From contig CAYZII010000003.1 of the NCBI GenBank assembly GCA_964478415.1, positions 468 to 64,467 on the forward strand: a stretch of 64,000 bases of DNA, written 5' to 3'. A program made the translations under genes and the position numbers. Of this stretch, positions 15,348 through 24,222 are shown piece after piece. How positions within the stretch are numbered: position 1 is the first letter of the stretch; the number at the start of each line of letters is the position of its first letter. Source of the stretch: an uncultured Methyloversatilis sp. (lineage in GTDB: Bacteria > Pseudomonadota > Gammaproteobacteria > Burkholderiales > Rhodocyclaceae). The notes under the pieces are model-generated. The model saw nothing but the letters and a program-made list of their open reading frames with translations, made no database searches and was not told where the DNA came from.

Positions 15348-17421
15348 GCAAAGCCAGGCACGCTTCGCCCGGCAGCGGTTTGCCAAACAGATAGCCTTGC
15401 AGAACGTCACACCCCAGGCGGACGAGAAAATCGCGCTGCGCTTGTGTCTCGACGCCTTCAGCCACCACCCGCAGCCCGAGATTTTTCGCCAGCGCAATGG
15501 TCGCCGAGCAAATCGCCGCATCGTTCGCATCGCTTTCCAGATCGCAGACGAAAGTACGGTCGATTTTGAGCACCTGGATCGGCAGGCGCTTCAGATAGGC
15601 GAGCGACGAATAGCCGGTACCGAAATCGTCGATGGCGAGCGCCACGCCCAGGTCGCGCAACGCCCCGAGCTGCCGCACGGCTTCTTCGGGATCGGCCATA
15701 GCCACGGACTCGGTGATTTCGAGTTCCAGATCGCCGGCCGCAAGACCATGTCGCTCGAGCGCGGCGAGAATCTCCTTGCCCAGACCGGCATCCCGCAACT
15801 GGTGTGCGGACAGATTGAGCGCAAGACGGACGTTTGAAACGCCGGCGGCCCGCCAGGCGGCGAACTGCCGGCAGCCCTCTTCGAGCACCCATTGCCCAAG
15901 CTGCCCGATCAGACCGGCTTCTTCGGCGATAGTGACGAAGCGCTCCGGAGAAATCCAGCCGCGTTGCGGATGCTGCCAGCGCACTAGCGCCTCGAAAGCG
16001 ACGATCCGGCCGGTACACGCCTCGATCTGCGGCTGGAAATGCAAGTGCAGCGCCCCTTTGTCCAGCGCAACGCGCAAATCGCGCTCGAGTGCCAGGCGCT
16101 CGGCCGCGGCTTTGGTGAGGTCCTCGGTGAAGAAATGCAGCTGGTTGCGGCCATGCTCTTTCGCGTAATACATCGCGGTGTCGGCGTGTTTGAGCAGCGT
16201 GCCAGCATCCTGGCCGTCGCGCGGGAAGAGGCTGATGCCGATGCTCGGCGTCGAATGAAGCAGCTGGCCGTCGAGCCGATACGGTCTGGCGAGCGCCTCG
16301 AGGAGCTTCGTGCTGGCATTGAGCGCATGAATTTCCGCCTCCAGGCCGGTGAGCACGACGACGAATTCGTCACCCCCGAGGCGCGCGACGATGTCCGATT
16401 CACGCACACAGGCCTGCAGCCGTCGGCCGACTTCGACGAGCAGCTGATCGCCGACATGATGGCCGAGCGTATCGTTGATATTCTTGAAGCGGTCCATGTC
16501 GATCAGCACCAGCGCCACCTGTTTGCCATCGCGCCGCGCCGTGGCGAGCGCCTGTTCGAGCCGGCTACGCAGGCTGTAGCGATTGTCGAGCCCGGTCAGC
16601 GCATCGTGATAGGCGAGATGCTCGATATGGCGCAGCATGGCCTGGCGCTCGAGCGCACGCTGGTAACCCTGCCTTCCCACCCAACCGATGCCCACCAGCC
16701 CCACCAGCCAGATCACACCATGACCGATGCCGAGATCGATTGCGGTCGCTCGTATGCGTTGGTAATAGGGTTCGAGTGGCAGATTCACGCCGGTGGCGCC
16801 GCGCATGTCGCCAACCTGATAGCCGAGGATGCCGTGACAGCGCACGCAGACTTCCTCCATGAACCAGGCCTTCAGATAGCGTAGATAAGGCTTGCCATCA
16901 ATTGCGGCAATTTCCCAGACCTCATTCTTGATGCCGAGTTCGAATTCTTCGAGCTGTTTCTTCTCCCAAGCATCAGGGGCATTGATCGGATTGAGAAAGC
17001 GCAAGCCGACGATGCGGCCGCGTGCTCCGCCGGTCATCGCCGCATAGTCGTCCATCATCTCGCGCACCATCATCGCCGGCGCGCGTAAGGTGAGCTTCAT
17101 GCCGTCGGTCGTCACCACATCGCGTTCCGGAATATGATTCAACAGCGGAGAAGGCTGCGCCTGCGGTGTCACGCGCACATAGACGCCGGAGTGTTTCATC
17201 GCCCAGCACCGGAAAGCCATGTCCTTGTCGCGCACCGCTCGCGCTTCGGCATAGGCCATCTCGAGCGTCTGCCGCTCATGACTGCGTAATCCCCAATACA
17301 AGGACGCGGCGACGATCAGCGTCCATAACACTGCCCCGGCCACGGCCAGACGCACCGCAGTCTTCGGGTTTTCTTTGGGAGAGAGGCTTTTCTCAGGCAT
17401 CGAGGTATCGTATTGGCGCAT
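15334..17421 (-). CDS. DUF3365 (CxxCH haem-type sensor)-GGDEF-EAL protein
   Basis: CVRCHG motif in a periplasmic-like N-domain. RLGGDEFVVVL, FEALVRW, DDFGTGYSSL. Start uncertain (ATG 17421 or 17400). Confidence 0.85.
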   Translation of the reverse strand: MRQYDTSMPEKSLSPKENPKTAVRLAVAGAVLWTLIVAASLYWGLRSHERQTLEMAYAEARAVRDKDMAFRCWAMKHSGVYVRVTPQAQPSPLLNHIPERDVVTTDGMKLTLRAPAMMVREMMDDYAAMTGGARGRIVGLRFLNPINAPDAWEKKQLEEFELGIKNEVWEIAAIDGKPYLRYLKAWFMEEVCVRCHGILGYQVGDMRGATGVNLPLEPYYQRIRATAIDLGIGHGVIWLVGLVGIGWVGRQGYQRALERQAMLRHIEHLAYHDALTGLDNRYSLRSRLEQALATARRDGKQVALVLIDMDRFKNINDTLGHHVGDQLLVEVGRRLQACVRESDIVARLGGDEFVVVLTGLEAEIHALNASTKLLEALARPYRLDGQLLHSTPSIGISLFPRDGQDAGTLLKHADTAMYYAKEHGRNQLHFFTEDLTKAAAERLALERDLRVALDKGALHLHFQPQIEACTGRIVAFEALVRWQHPQRGWISPERFVTIAEEAGLIGQLGQWVLEEGCRQFAAWRAAGVSNVRLALNLSAHQLRDAGLGKEILAALERHGLAAGDLELEITESVAMADPEEAVRQLGALRDLGVALAIDDFGTGYSSLAYLKRLPIQVLKIDRTFVCDLESDANDAAICSATIALAKNLGLRVVAEGVETQAQRDFLVRLGCDVLQGYLFGKPLPGEACLALLKHQ

Positions 17422-17434
17422 CGCCATCTTAACC

Positions 17435-17448
17435 TTGACTTTCATCAA
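17435..17448. promoter_or_regulatory. FNR/Dnr/NnrR-type box TTGAC-TTTC-ATCAA
   Basis: 9/10 match to TTGAT-N4-ATCAA. Lies in the divergent region between the DUF3365-GGDEF-EAL gene and the nosD paralog. Confidence 0.55.
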
Positions 17449-17482
17449 CGCCAAAAGGGGCGTCCTGCGGTCAAATTGTGGC

Positions 17483-18724
17483 ATGCCGTCCCTTTTCCCA
17501 CCGCGACGTCCAGCGATGCTCCCTGCTGCCCTCGTTGGCCTGCTACTTCCGCTGTTTGCGATGGGAGTCGCGGATGCGGCACCCACACTTCAGGCGCTCA
17601 TCGACGCCGCCGCGCCGGGTAGCATCGTTCGCGTGTCCGCCGGGGTGCATGCCGGTCCAATCGTCATCGCGAAACCGCTGATCCTCGATGGTGCGGCTCA
17701 GGCCGAAATCCGCGGCAACGGCCGCGGCACGGTCGTGCATATTCGTGGCAGCGGTGTCACCCTCCGCGGTTTCACGATCCGCGGCAGCGGCAGTTTGCAC
17801 GATGCCGTCGATGCCGGCATCCTCGCCGAGGGCAGTGATCATCTGATCGAAGACAACCGCCTGGAAGACGTGCTGTTCGGCATCCACCTGAAACAGACGC
17901 AACGCACGCGGGTGCGTCACAACGCGGTGATCGGCAAGAACGCAGAACTGTCGATGCGCGGTGATGCACTGCGCATGTGGCACGGCGCCCACAACCGCAT
18001 CGAAAACAACCGTTTCCGCCGTGCCCGTGATCTCACCTTCATCAATTCACGGGACAGCGTCATCGCAGGCAATCATTTCAGCGACGGACGTTACGGCATG
18101 CAGATCGTCTTCTCGCCACGTTTGACGATCGAAAACAATCGCATCGAACAGATGGCCACCGGCATCGTCGTGCTCTACTCGCGCGATGTGACGCTGAGCG
18201 GCAACTTGATCGCCCATGCGCTCACCGGCGGCGGTGCCGGCATTGTGTTCAAGGAAAGCGACAGCGGTCGCGTGATCGGTAACACCGTGCTGCATTGCAC
18301 GGTGGGGCTCAAAGTCGACGCTCCGCCGGAAAAGATCGGCCTGCTCGAGGTTCGTGACAACCGCTTCGCGCACAACATCAATGGGCTGTTCTTTTACGGC
18401 GAGGCCGGTGGCCATCGGTTCGCACGCAACCGTTTCGAGAACAATCTCACCACGGTGGCGATCAGCGGCGTCGGCGCCGCAGCGGCGAATGTCTGGCACA
18501 ACAATCGTTGGGATGAATACCAAGGCTTCGATCTCGATCGTGACGGCATCGGCGATACCCCGTTTGAGGCCTGGCTGTTCGCCGACCGTATCTGGATGGA
18601 GACGCCAATGGCGAGTTTCTTCCGTAACTCGCCGGTGCTCGAGCTGATCGATTTCCTCGAACGCCTGGCGCCGTTTTCGGCGCCGTACCGGATACTATCC
18701 GATCCCGCTCCCCTGATGCAGTAA
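17483..18724 (+). CDS. NosD-like periplasmic beta-helix (copper-enzyme maturation family) protein
   Basis: Signal peptide LLLPLFAMGVADA. Repeated parallel beta-helix units (IEDNRL, IENNRF, IAGNHF, IENNRI, LSGNLI, IGNTVL). Alternative start ATG 17516. Confidence 0.75.
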   Translation: MPSLFPPRRPAMLPAALVGLLLPLFAMGVADAAPTLQALIDAAAPGSIVRVSAGVHAGPIVIAKPLILDGAAQAEIRGNGRGTVVHIRGSGVTLRGFTIRGSGSLHDAVDAGILAEGSDHLIEDNRLEDVLFGIHLKQTQRTRVRHNAVIGKNAELSMRGDALRMWHGAHNRIENNRFRRARDLTFINSRDSVIAGNHFSDGRYGMQIVFSPRLTIENNRIEQMATGIVVLYSRDVTLSGNLIAHALTGGGAGIVFKESDSGRVIGNTVLHCTVGLKVDAPPEKIGLLEVRDNRFAHNINGLFFYGEAGGHRFARNRFENNLTTVAISGVGAAAANVWHNNRWDEYQGFDLDRDGIGDTPFEAWLFADRIWMETPMASFFRNSPVLELIDFLERLAPFSAPYRILSDPAPLMQ

Positions 18725-18735
18725 GGAAAGCCACC

Positions 18736-19461
18736 ATGTTGCAGACACTCCCACTCAGATTCGCGCTCCTTGCCATTGGCTGCTCGCTGCCCCTCCTCGC
18801 TGGACCCACGCGTGCCGCGGCGCCAGAGCAGGAATCCGGCAAGGAGATCTACGACCCGTGCGCAGCCTGCCACGGTGATCTTGGTCAAGGTGGCAAACGC
18901 GGCGAATATCCTCGCATCGCCGGTCAGCGTGCAGCTTACATCGAATACACGTTAAAAAAATTCCGTTCGCGCGAGCGCATCAATATTCCGATGTTTCCCT
19001 ACACCCAGGAGCGCGAACTGCCCGATGCGGACATCAAGGCCGTGGCCGCCTATCTGGCGAGCATCGAGCTGCCGACGAAAATCCCCGAGTTCAAACCCAC
19101 CGACGACGCTTTGACCCGCCTGCTGGCGATGGAGAAAGTGATGATCATCCCGAAGCTGGAAGGCGATCTCGCGAACGGCAAAAAGCTCTATCAGGAGGAA
19201 TGCGCGTATTGTCACGGCGTCAATGGTCGCGGCAAGGGACGCTTCCCGATGCTGGTCGGGCAATACACGAATTATCTGCAGAAACAGATCTCTGCCTTCA
19301 TCAAAGGCGAGCGGCCACATGACATGGTGGCCGACGACGACGACGAAGACGAGGATGACAAGCGCAAAGCAGCACCGGCCAAGCCGGGGGTGCTCAATCG
19401 CCTGACCGAAAAAGACCTCCAGGACGTCATGGCCTACATCACCCACCTGCAGGACGAATGA
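18736..19461 (+). CDS. Dihaem class I cytochrome c (c4-like)
   Basis: 241 aa with a signal peptide. Two CxxCH motifs (CAACHG, CAYCHG). Acidic run DDDDEDEDD. Confidence 0.85.
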   Translation: MLQTLPLRFALLAIGCSLPLLAGPTRAAAPEQESGKEIYDPCAACHGDLGQGGKRGEYPRIAGQRAAYIEYTLKKFRSRERINIPMFPYTQERELPDADIKAVAAYLASIELPTKIPEFKPTDDALTRLLAMEKVMIIPKLEGDLANGKKLYQEECAYCHGVNGRGKGRFPMLVGQYTNYLQKQISAFIKGERPHDMVADDDDEDEDDKRKAAPAKPGVLNRLTEKDLQDVMAYITHLQDE

Positions 19462-20057
19462 ACACGCCCGCTCGAGCCGCAATACCAGCGCCGGATTTTG
19501 CTGGCGAAACGGTGCCGGGCAACCGCGGCATCTGGGTCGGCATCTTCTGCGTGCTGGTCGAGTTCCTGCTGCTGTTCTGCGTCTATTTCATCGCCAAGGC
19601 ACATCACGGGGCGGCTTTCGAGAAAGGCCCGGACCAGCTCGCCACCATTGCCGGTGTCGCGATCACACTGCTGCTGCTCAGCAGCGGCTACTGCATGGTC
19701 AAGGCCGTCGCAACCATCCGCAACGACCGTCGGCGCGCAGCTTTTGGCTGGGTAGCGGCCGCCTTCCTGCTCGGGCTCGGTTACCCGGTCATCAAGTTCT
19801 TCGAGATCCGTTGGAACGTCGCCCATGGCATCGATGGCGCCGCCGGCATCTTCTACATCGTCTATTACTATCTGACGCTGAATCACCTGGTGCATGTCAG
19901 CTGGGGGCTGCTCGGTCTGGGCTGGGTTGCGGTACGCACCCTGCTCGGCGTCTACTCGGCGCGTGATCATAGCGGTCTCGAAGCCGCCGCAATGTACTGG
20001 CACACCACTGACGTGCTGTGGCTGATCATCTTTCCCTTCTTCTACGTGTTGCGATGA
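19458..20057 (+). CDS. norE: Cytochrome oxidase subunit III-like protein (NorE/NirO family)
   Basis: 199 aa with about 5 TM segments and a haem-copper oxidase subunit III-like sequence. ATGA overlaps on both sides. Confidence 0.75.
   Translation: MNTPARAAIPAPDFAGETVPGNRGIWVGIFCVLVEFLLLFCVYFIAKAHHGAAFEKGPDQLATIAGVAITLLLLSSGYCMVKAVATIRNDRRRAAFGWVAAAFLLGLGYPVIKFFEIRWNVAHGIDGAAGIFYIVYYYLTLNHLVHVSWGLLGLGWVAVRTLLGVYSARDHSGLEAAAMYWHTTDVLWLIIFPFFYVLR
19474..19500 (+). repeat. Dispersed repeat core (weaker) at norE 5' end
   Basis: GAGCCGCAATACCAGCGCCGGATTTTG with the same spacing of GxGCCG and CCAGCGCCG blocks. Translated as AAIPAPDF. Confidence 0.45.
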
Positions 20058-20335
20058 AACACACCGCAGAGCGCACCTGGCTGATGCTGATTGGCCTGAC
20101 TGGCCTGGGCGCATGGTTCGCCGAGACCGGCCAGCCCGGCTGGCCGTTGACACTTTTCGTCGCCGCCCTGATCGCTTTCAAGGGACGACTGGTGATCGAT
20201 CACTACATGGAGATCACCCCCGCCCATCCACGCATTCGCCGCATCCTGCATGGCTTCGTCACTGTCGTGCCACTGCTGGTGATCCTCAGCCACGGCTGGA
20301 GTGACGTATTGAAAAGCCTGACCAGCCTGAAATAA
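20054..20335 (+). CDS. Small membrane protein (NorF/NirP- or CoxIV-like)
   Basis: ATG 20054 overlaps the norE stop. 93 aa with 3 hydrophobic segments. Its position after norE mirrors norEF/nirOP pairs. Confidence 0.5.
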   Translation: MKHTAERTWLMLIGLTGLGAWFAETGQPGWPLTLFVAALIAFKGRLVIDHYMEITPAHPRIRRILHGFVTVVPLLVILSHGWSDVLKSLTSLK

Positions 20336-20416
20336 ACGTGGCATGCGAACCGTCCGTGAATCGAGGCATCGGGCGATACAATCGACCTGCCGCTTACCCC
20401 CCGTAGAAACTCGGCG

Positions 20417-20912
20417 ATGATGAAGAAGCTCATGGCAACCCTGGCCGGCGCACTCTTTTTCCCGTGCATCGCTTGCGCCGATCTGCCGCGCGGCAATTGC
20501 CTGAGGCCCGCCGCGCGCACTGACCTGTCGCACTGCGATTTCACGCAGCACAGACTGAGCGGTCTCGATCTTTCCGTGGTGCGCCTTGTCGGCGCCAAGC
20601 TCGACAACGCCGATCTGAGGAAGACCAAGCTCAGCGGAGCCGACCTGTCCGGTGCCAGCGCCAAATGGGCCAATTTCAGCTTTGCCGAGTTCTCCAATGC
20701 CAATCTGCGTCGACTTCAGTAAAGCAAAACTCGTCGGCACCCGACTGCTTGGTGCGACATTGCGCCACGCGCGTTTCCTCAATGCGGATCTCGCCGGCGC
20801 GAACTTCACCAATGCCGATGTCTGGAATGCCGACTTCAGCCACTCTGTCCACCACCCGACATCGGCCGAGGAGGCGCTGATCGAACCATTCGTTGTCCGC
20901 GAACGACGCTGA
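20417..20912 (+). pseudogene. Secreted pentapeptide-repeat protein, apparent frameshift near 20700-20712
   Basis: ORF 20417..20722 (signal peptide plus A[DN][LF]xx repeats) stops after ...FAEFSNANLRRLQ. The repeats continue in ORF 20652..20912 (VDFSKAKLVGTRLLGATLRHARFLNADLAGANFTNADVWNADF) in another frame. Confidence 0.55.
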
Positions 20913-21003
20913 GCGCGGAATCAGCCGGCGCTTCTCCGCTCAGCGGCCAGAAACCTCACCCAACCAGTGTACCCACTGCTTCGGTCGATCTCACGGCCAG
21001 GCT

Positions 21004-21017
21004 TTGATGAGCGTCAA
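21004..21017. promoter_or_regulatory. FNR/Dnr/NnrR-type box TTGAT-GAGC-GTCAA
   Basis: 9/10 match to TTGAT-N4-ATCAA. Ends 65 nt upstream of the norQ ATG. Confidence 0.55.
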
Positions 21018-21081
21018 GGACGCATGTCGCTGCCGACCGTAAAGTAGCATCACTCCATCCTGCGCCCGTTTGCGCACCATC

Positions 21082-21864
21082 ATGACCGCATTACCTTTCT
21101 ACGAACCCGCCGGCAACGAGATCGAGCTATTCGAGCACGCCCATCGCAACCGCCTCCCGGTGTTGATCAAGGGCCCGACCGGCGTGGGCAAGACACGCTT
21201 CGTCGCCTACATGGCGGCAAGGCTGGGCCTGCCGCTCTACACGGTCGCCTGTCACGACGATCTGACCGCTGCCGACCTGGTCGGCCGCCATCTGATCACC
21301 GATGGCGCGACCTACTGGTCGGACGGCCCGCTGACGCGGGCAGTGCGCGAAGGTGGCATCTGCTACCTCGACGAAGTGGTCGAAGCGCGCAAGGACACCA
21401 CCGTGGTGATCCATCCGCTCGCCGACCATCGCCGGGTGCTGCCGATCGACCGCACCGGCGAAGTACTGCACGCACCAGACAACTTCATGCTCGTGGTCTC
21501 CTACAACCCGGGCTACCAGAACTTCCTGAAAGGCATGAAACCCTCGACGCGCCAGCGCTTCGTCGCATTGCGCTTCGATTTTCCCGATGCGGCGCGCGAG
21601 GAGGCGATCCTCGTCGGCGAGACCGGCTGCGATGCGATGACGGCGAAGCGGCTTGTCTCCATCGGCCGTTCCTTGCGCGCGCTCAAGGACGTCGATCTCG
21701 AAGAGGTGGCCAGCACGCGGCTGCTGGTTTACGCGGCGATCCTGATCCGCGACGGCATGGCACCGACCGATGCCTGTCGCGCAGCGATCGTCGAGGCGCT
21801 CACCGACGATCGGGAAGTGGCCGCGGCGCTCGAAGAAGTCGTGCTTGCTACCTTCGGGAAATGA
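21082..21864 (+). CDS. norQ: CbbQ/NirQ/NorQ-family AAA+ (MoxR-like) ATPase
   Basis: Walker A GPTGVGKT. Whole-length NorQ-like sequence. First ATG at 21082; the ORF opens at TTG 21070. Confidence 0.9.
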   Translation: MTALPFYEPAGNEIELFEHAHRNRLPVLIKGPTGVGKTRFVAYMAARLGLPLYTVACHDDLTAADLVGRHLITDGATYWSDGPLTRAVREGGICYLDEVVEARKDTTVVIHPLADHRRVLPIDRTGEVLHAPDNFMLVVSYNPGYQNFLKGMKPSTRQRFVALRFDFPDAAREEAILVGETGCDAMTAKRLVSIGRSLRALKDVDLEEVASTRLLVYAAILIRDGMAPTDACRAAIVEALTDDREVAAALEEVVLATFGK

Positions 21865-22253
21865 ATGTCGAGCGCAAAGTTCCTGGGCAAGGACTGGCGA
21901 TCACGGCCGAGTCGCTGTTTCTCGTCAACCTGATGTTGGCACCGGGACTGGCCTTTCTCGCGCTTGCCTGGTTGTGGATCAAACACAGGAACGATGCCTC
22001 GCCGCTGGCGCGCTGTCATCTCGACCAGACTTTCTTCGTCAGTCTCTGGGGCGGTGCGCTGATCGTCATCATTTGCGCCTTGTTCCTGTTCTTCCTCGGC
22101 TGGGATTGGGAATGGACCTGGGTAGCCGTGATTCTCTACTTCACCTGCGTGCATTCCACGTTGATCCTGCTCGGGATGCTCGGACTGGCGAAAGCGCTGG
22201 CTGGAAAAACTTACGTCTATCCGTGGATCGGTCCGCGCTGCGAAGGTATCTAG
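21861..22253 (+). CDS. Hypothetical membrane protein between norQ and norD
   Basis: 130 aa with 3-4 hydrophobic segments and Trp-rich WDWEWTW. ATGA overlap with norQ. norD ATG follows its stop immediately. Confidence 0.6.
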   Translation: MNVERKVPGQGLAITAESLFLVNLMLAPGLAFLALAWLWIKHRNDASPLARCHLDQTFFVSLWGGALIVIICALFLFFLGWDWEWTWVAVILYFTCVHSTLILLGMLGLAKALAGKTYVYPWIGPRCEGI

Positions 22254-24119
22254 ATGGAAGAATGGATCGGCAGCCTCTGGGATCGCTGGATCAGGGAGGT
22301 GGCGCGGCGCGACTATCCGGCCGCGGCCGTCGAACTGAAAGATCTCGAAAAAACGCTCGGCGTGATTTTCCGTGCGCTCGGTGGCGATCCGGGCTTGCGC
22401 ATCGCCGCGGCGGCGGATCAGGCGCATGGCGCACGGCGGCGGTTTTTGCAGCGCATCGCTGGCATCCACGATCGTGCTGCCCATGCCGCCCTCGATCACG
22501 AAACCCTGCGCCTGCCCCCGCGACTTGCCGTCCTGCCAACGCCGAGTTTGAACCGCGACCTCTACGTCTGGCTCGTGGCGCTGGCGGGAAGCAGCGGCCC
22601 GGCGCTGGAGCGATTCGCGCATGAATGGATCGTGCAGAACCAGTTTGCGGTCTGGGCCACCTTGCAACGCTATCCCGGCCTGAAGATGCGCTACCAGCGG
22701 CTCGTCGAGGCCCATCTGGCGGAACGGATCGCCCCGGAAAAGATGCCGCCCGATGAAGCGGCGCAGGAACGGGCAGTGCGGCAGGCGCTCATCGGTCCGG
22801 GAAGTGTCACAGAACTGCCCCCTTTGCGGCGTGCAAAGGCAAAAGCGCTGCAGCCGGTGCCGCTATGGCTCTACCCTGCACCCCCGGCTGAGATGAAGCG
22901 ACGCAGGGGGAGCCCTACCGCGCACGAAACCGAAGACGCGGAACAGCCGAAGGAGCAGCAGGTCGAGAACAAGCGCTACCAGGCCGAGCGTGGCGAGATG
23001 CCCGAGAACGAGTCGCCGCTGATCCTGTTGTTTCGCGCCGAAAGCTTGCTCTCTTGGGCCGAGTATCTGCGCGTCAACCGGGCGCTCGACGAAGACGAAA
23101 ACCCTGATGCCGGCCGCGCCGCCGAGACGCTCGACAAGCTCACGCTGGCGGAGGGCGAGCAGCGCGTCGCCTCGAAGGTGCGCTTCGATCTCGACCTGCC
23201 GGCGGCGGCCGAGGACGATCTGCCGCTCGGGCCGGGCATTCCGCTGCCCGAGTGGGATTGGAAGCGCCGCGTGATGAAACCCAACTTCTGCCGCCTGCAG
23301 ACGATGGTGGCACGCGAGAGTACGCCGCAGCCGCTGCCCGAACACCTGCGGCGACACGCCAGGAAGCTCGAGAATCAGTTCGCCGCGCTGGCGCCGGTGC
23401 GGCGCTGGCAAAAGGCCCAGCCGGAAGGCGCGGAGATCGACATCGACGCCTGTGTGCGCATCGCCGCCGATCGCCTGGCGGGCTTTCATTTTTCCGGGGC
23501 GGGCGCCTACCTGAACCATCGTCCGACTGAACGCGACCTCGCCTGTCTGGTGCTCGCCGATCTGTCGCTGTCTACCGACGCCTATGCCAATGACGCACAA
23601 AAGGTGATCGACGTGATCCGCGACAGCCTGATGCTGTTCGGCGAGGCACTGTCGGCGACCGGCGATGCCTTCGCCTTTTACGGCTTCTCGTCGCTGAAAA
23701 GGAGCTTCGTGCGCTTCCATGAGATCAAGCCCTTCGACCGGCCACTCGATGCGGTGGCGCGCGGGCGCATCGCCGCATTGAAACCCGGTTACTACACTCG
23801 CATGGGCGCGGCAGTGCGCCGCAGCACCCAGCTCCTCAACCAGCAGCCGGCCAACCGTCGTCTGCTCTTGATCCTCTCCGACGGCAAGCCGCACGACATC
23901 GATCTCTACGAAGGCCGTTACGGTATCGAGGACACGCGCAAGGCGCTCATCGAAGCGCGCGAGGAGGGCATCAAGCCCTTCTGTGTCACGATCGACCGCG
24001 AAGGCGCCGGCTATCTGCCACACCTCTTTGGACCGGCTGGCTACACGGTCGTCAGGAAGCCCGAAGACCTGCCCGACCGGCTGCCGCTGCTTTATGCCCA
24101 ATTGACGGGGAATGCGTGA
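22254..24119 (+). CDS. norD: NorD-type von Willebrand factor A protein (NorQ partner)
   Basis: 621 aa. C-terminal VWA domain with MIDAS-like ADLSLSTD. ILSDGKPHD. Adjacent to norQ. Confidence 0.85.
   Translation: MEEWIGSLWDRWIREVARRDYPAAAVELKDLEKTLGVIFRALGGDPGLRIAAAADQAHGARRRFLQRIAGIHDRAAHAALDHETLRLPPRLAVLPTPSLNRDLYVWLVALAGSSGPALERFAHEWIVQNQFAVWATLQRYPGLKMRYQRLVEAHLAERIAPEKMPPDEAAQERAVRQALIGPGSVTELPPLRRAKAKALQPVPLWLYPAPPAEMKRRRGSPTAHETEDAEQPKEQQVENKRYQAERGEMPENESPLILLFRAESLLSWAEYLRVNRALDEDENPDAGRAAETLDKLTLAEGEQRVASKVRFDLDLPAAAEDDLPLGPGIPLPEWDWKRRVMKPNFCRLQTMVARESTPQPLPEHLRRHARKLENQFAALAPVRRWQKAQPEGAEIDIDACVRIAADRLAGFHFSGAGAYLNHRPTERDLACLVLADLSLSTDAYANDAQKVIDVIRDSLMLFGEALSATGDAFAFYGFSSLKRSFVRFHEIKPFDRPLDAVARGRIAALKPGYYTRMGAAVRRSTQLLNQQPANRRLLLILSDGKPHDIDLYEGRYGIEDTRKALIEAREEGIKPFCVTIDREGAGYLPHLFGPAGYTVVRKPEDLPDRLPLLYAQLTGNA
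22525..22553 (+). repeat. Dispersed repeat core inside norD
   Basis: TTGCCGTCCTGCCAACGCCGAGTTTGAAC. Translated as LAVLPTPSLN. Confidence 0.65.
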
Positions 24120-24222
24120 GATTCTCCATCGTTCTTTCTGGAACGTCGGCTTTCGTCTCTTCTTTCTGTTTGCCTGTCTTGTGGCGCGATCTTTCCGCTG
24201 GGATGGGAGCTTATGTTCTCTA

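Noticed and set aside
17481-17497. ATGCCGTCCCTTTTCCC at the nosD-paralog start, resembling the repeat with its central 12 nt deleted
   Set aside because: Only the two short flanks match; that is too little for a confident call.
20641-20670. GGTGCCAGCGCCAAATGGGCCAATTTCAGC resembling the repeat variant at 44712
   Set aside because: It would need a large internal deletion plus an insertion to align. It lies in pentapeptide-repeat coding sequence, whose own periodicity can explain the similarity.
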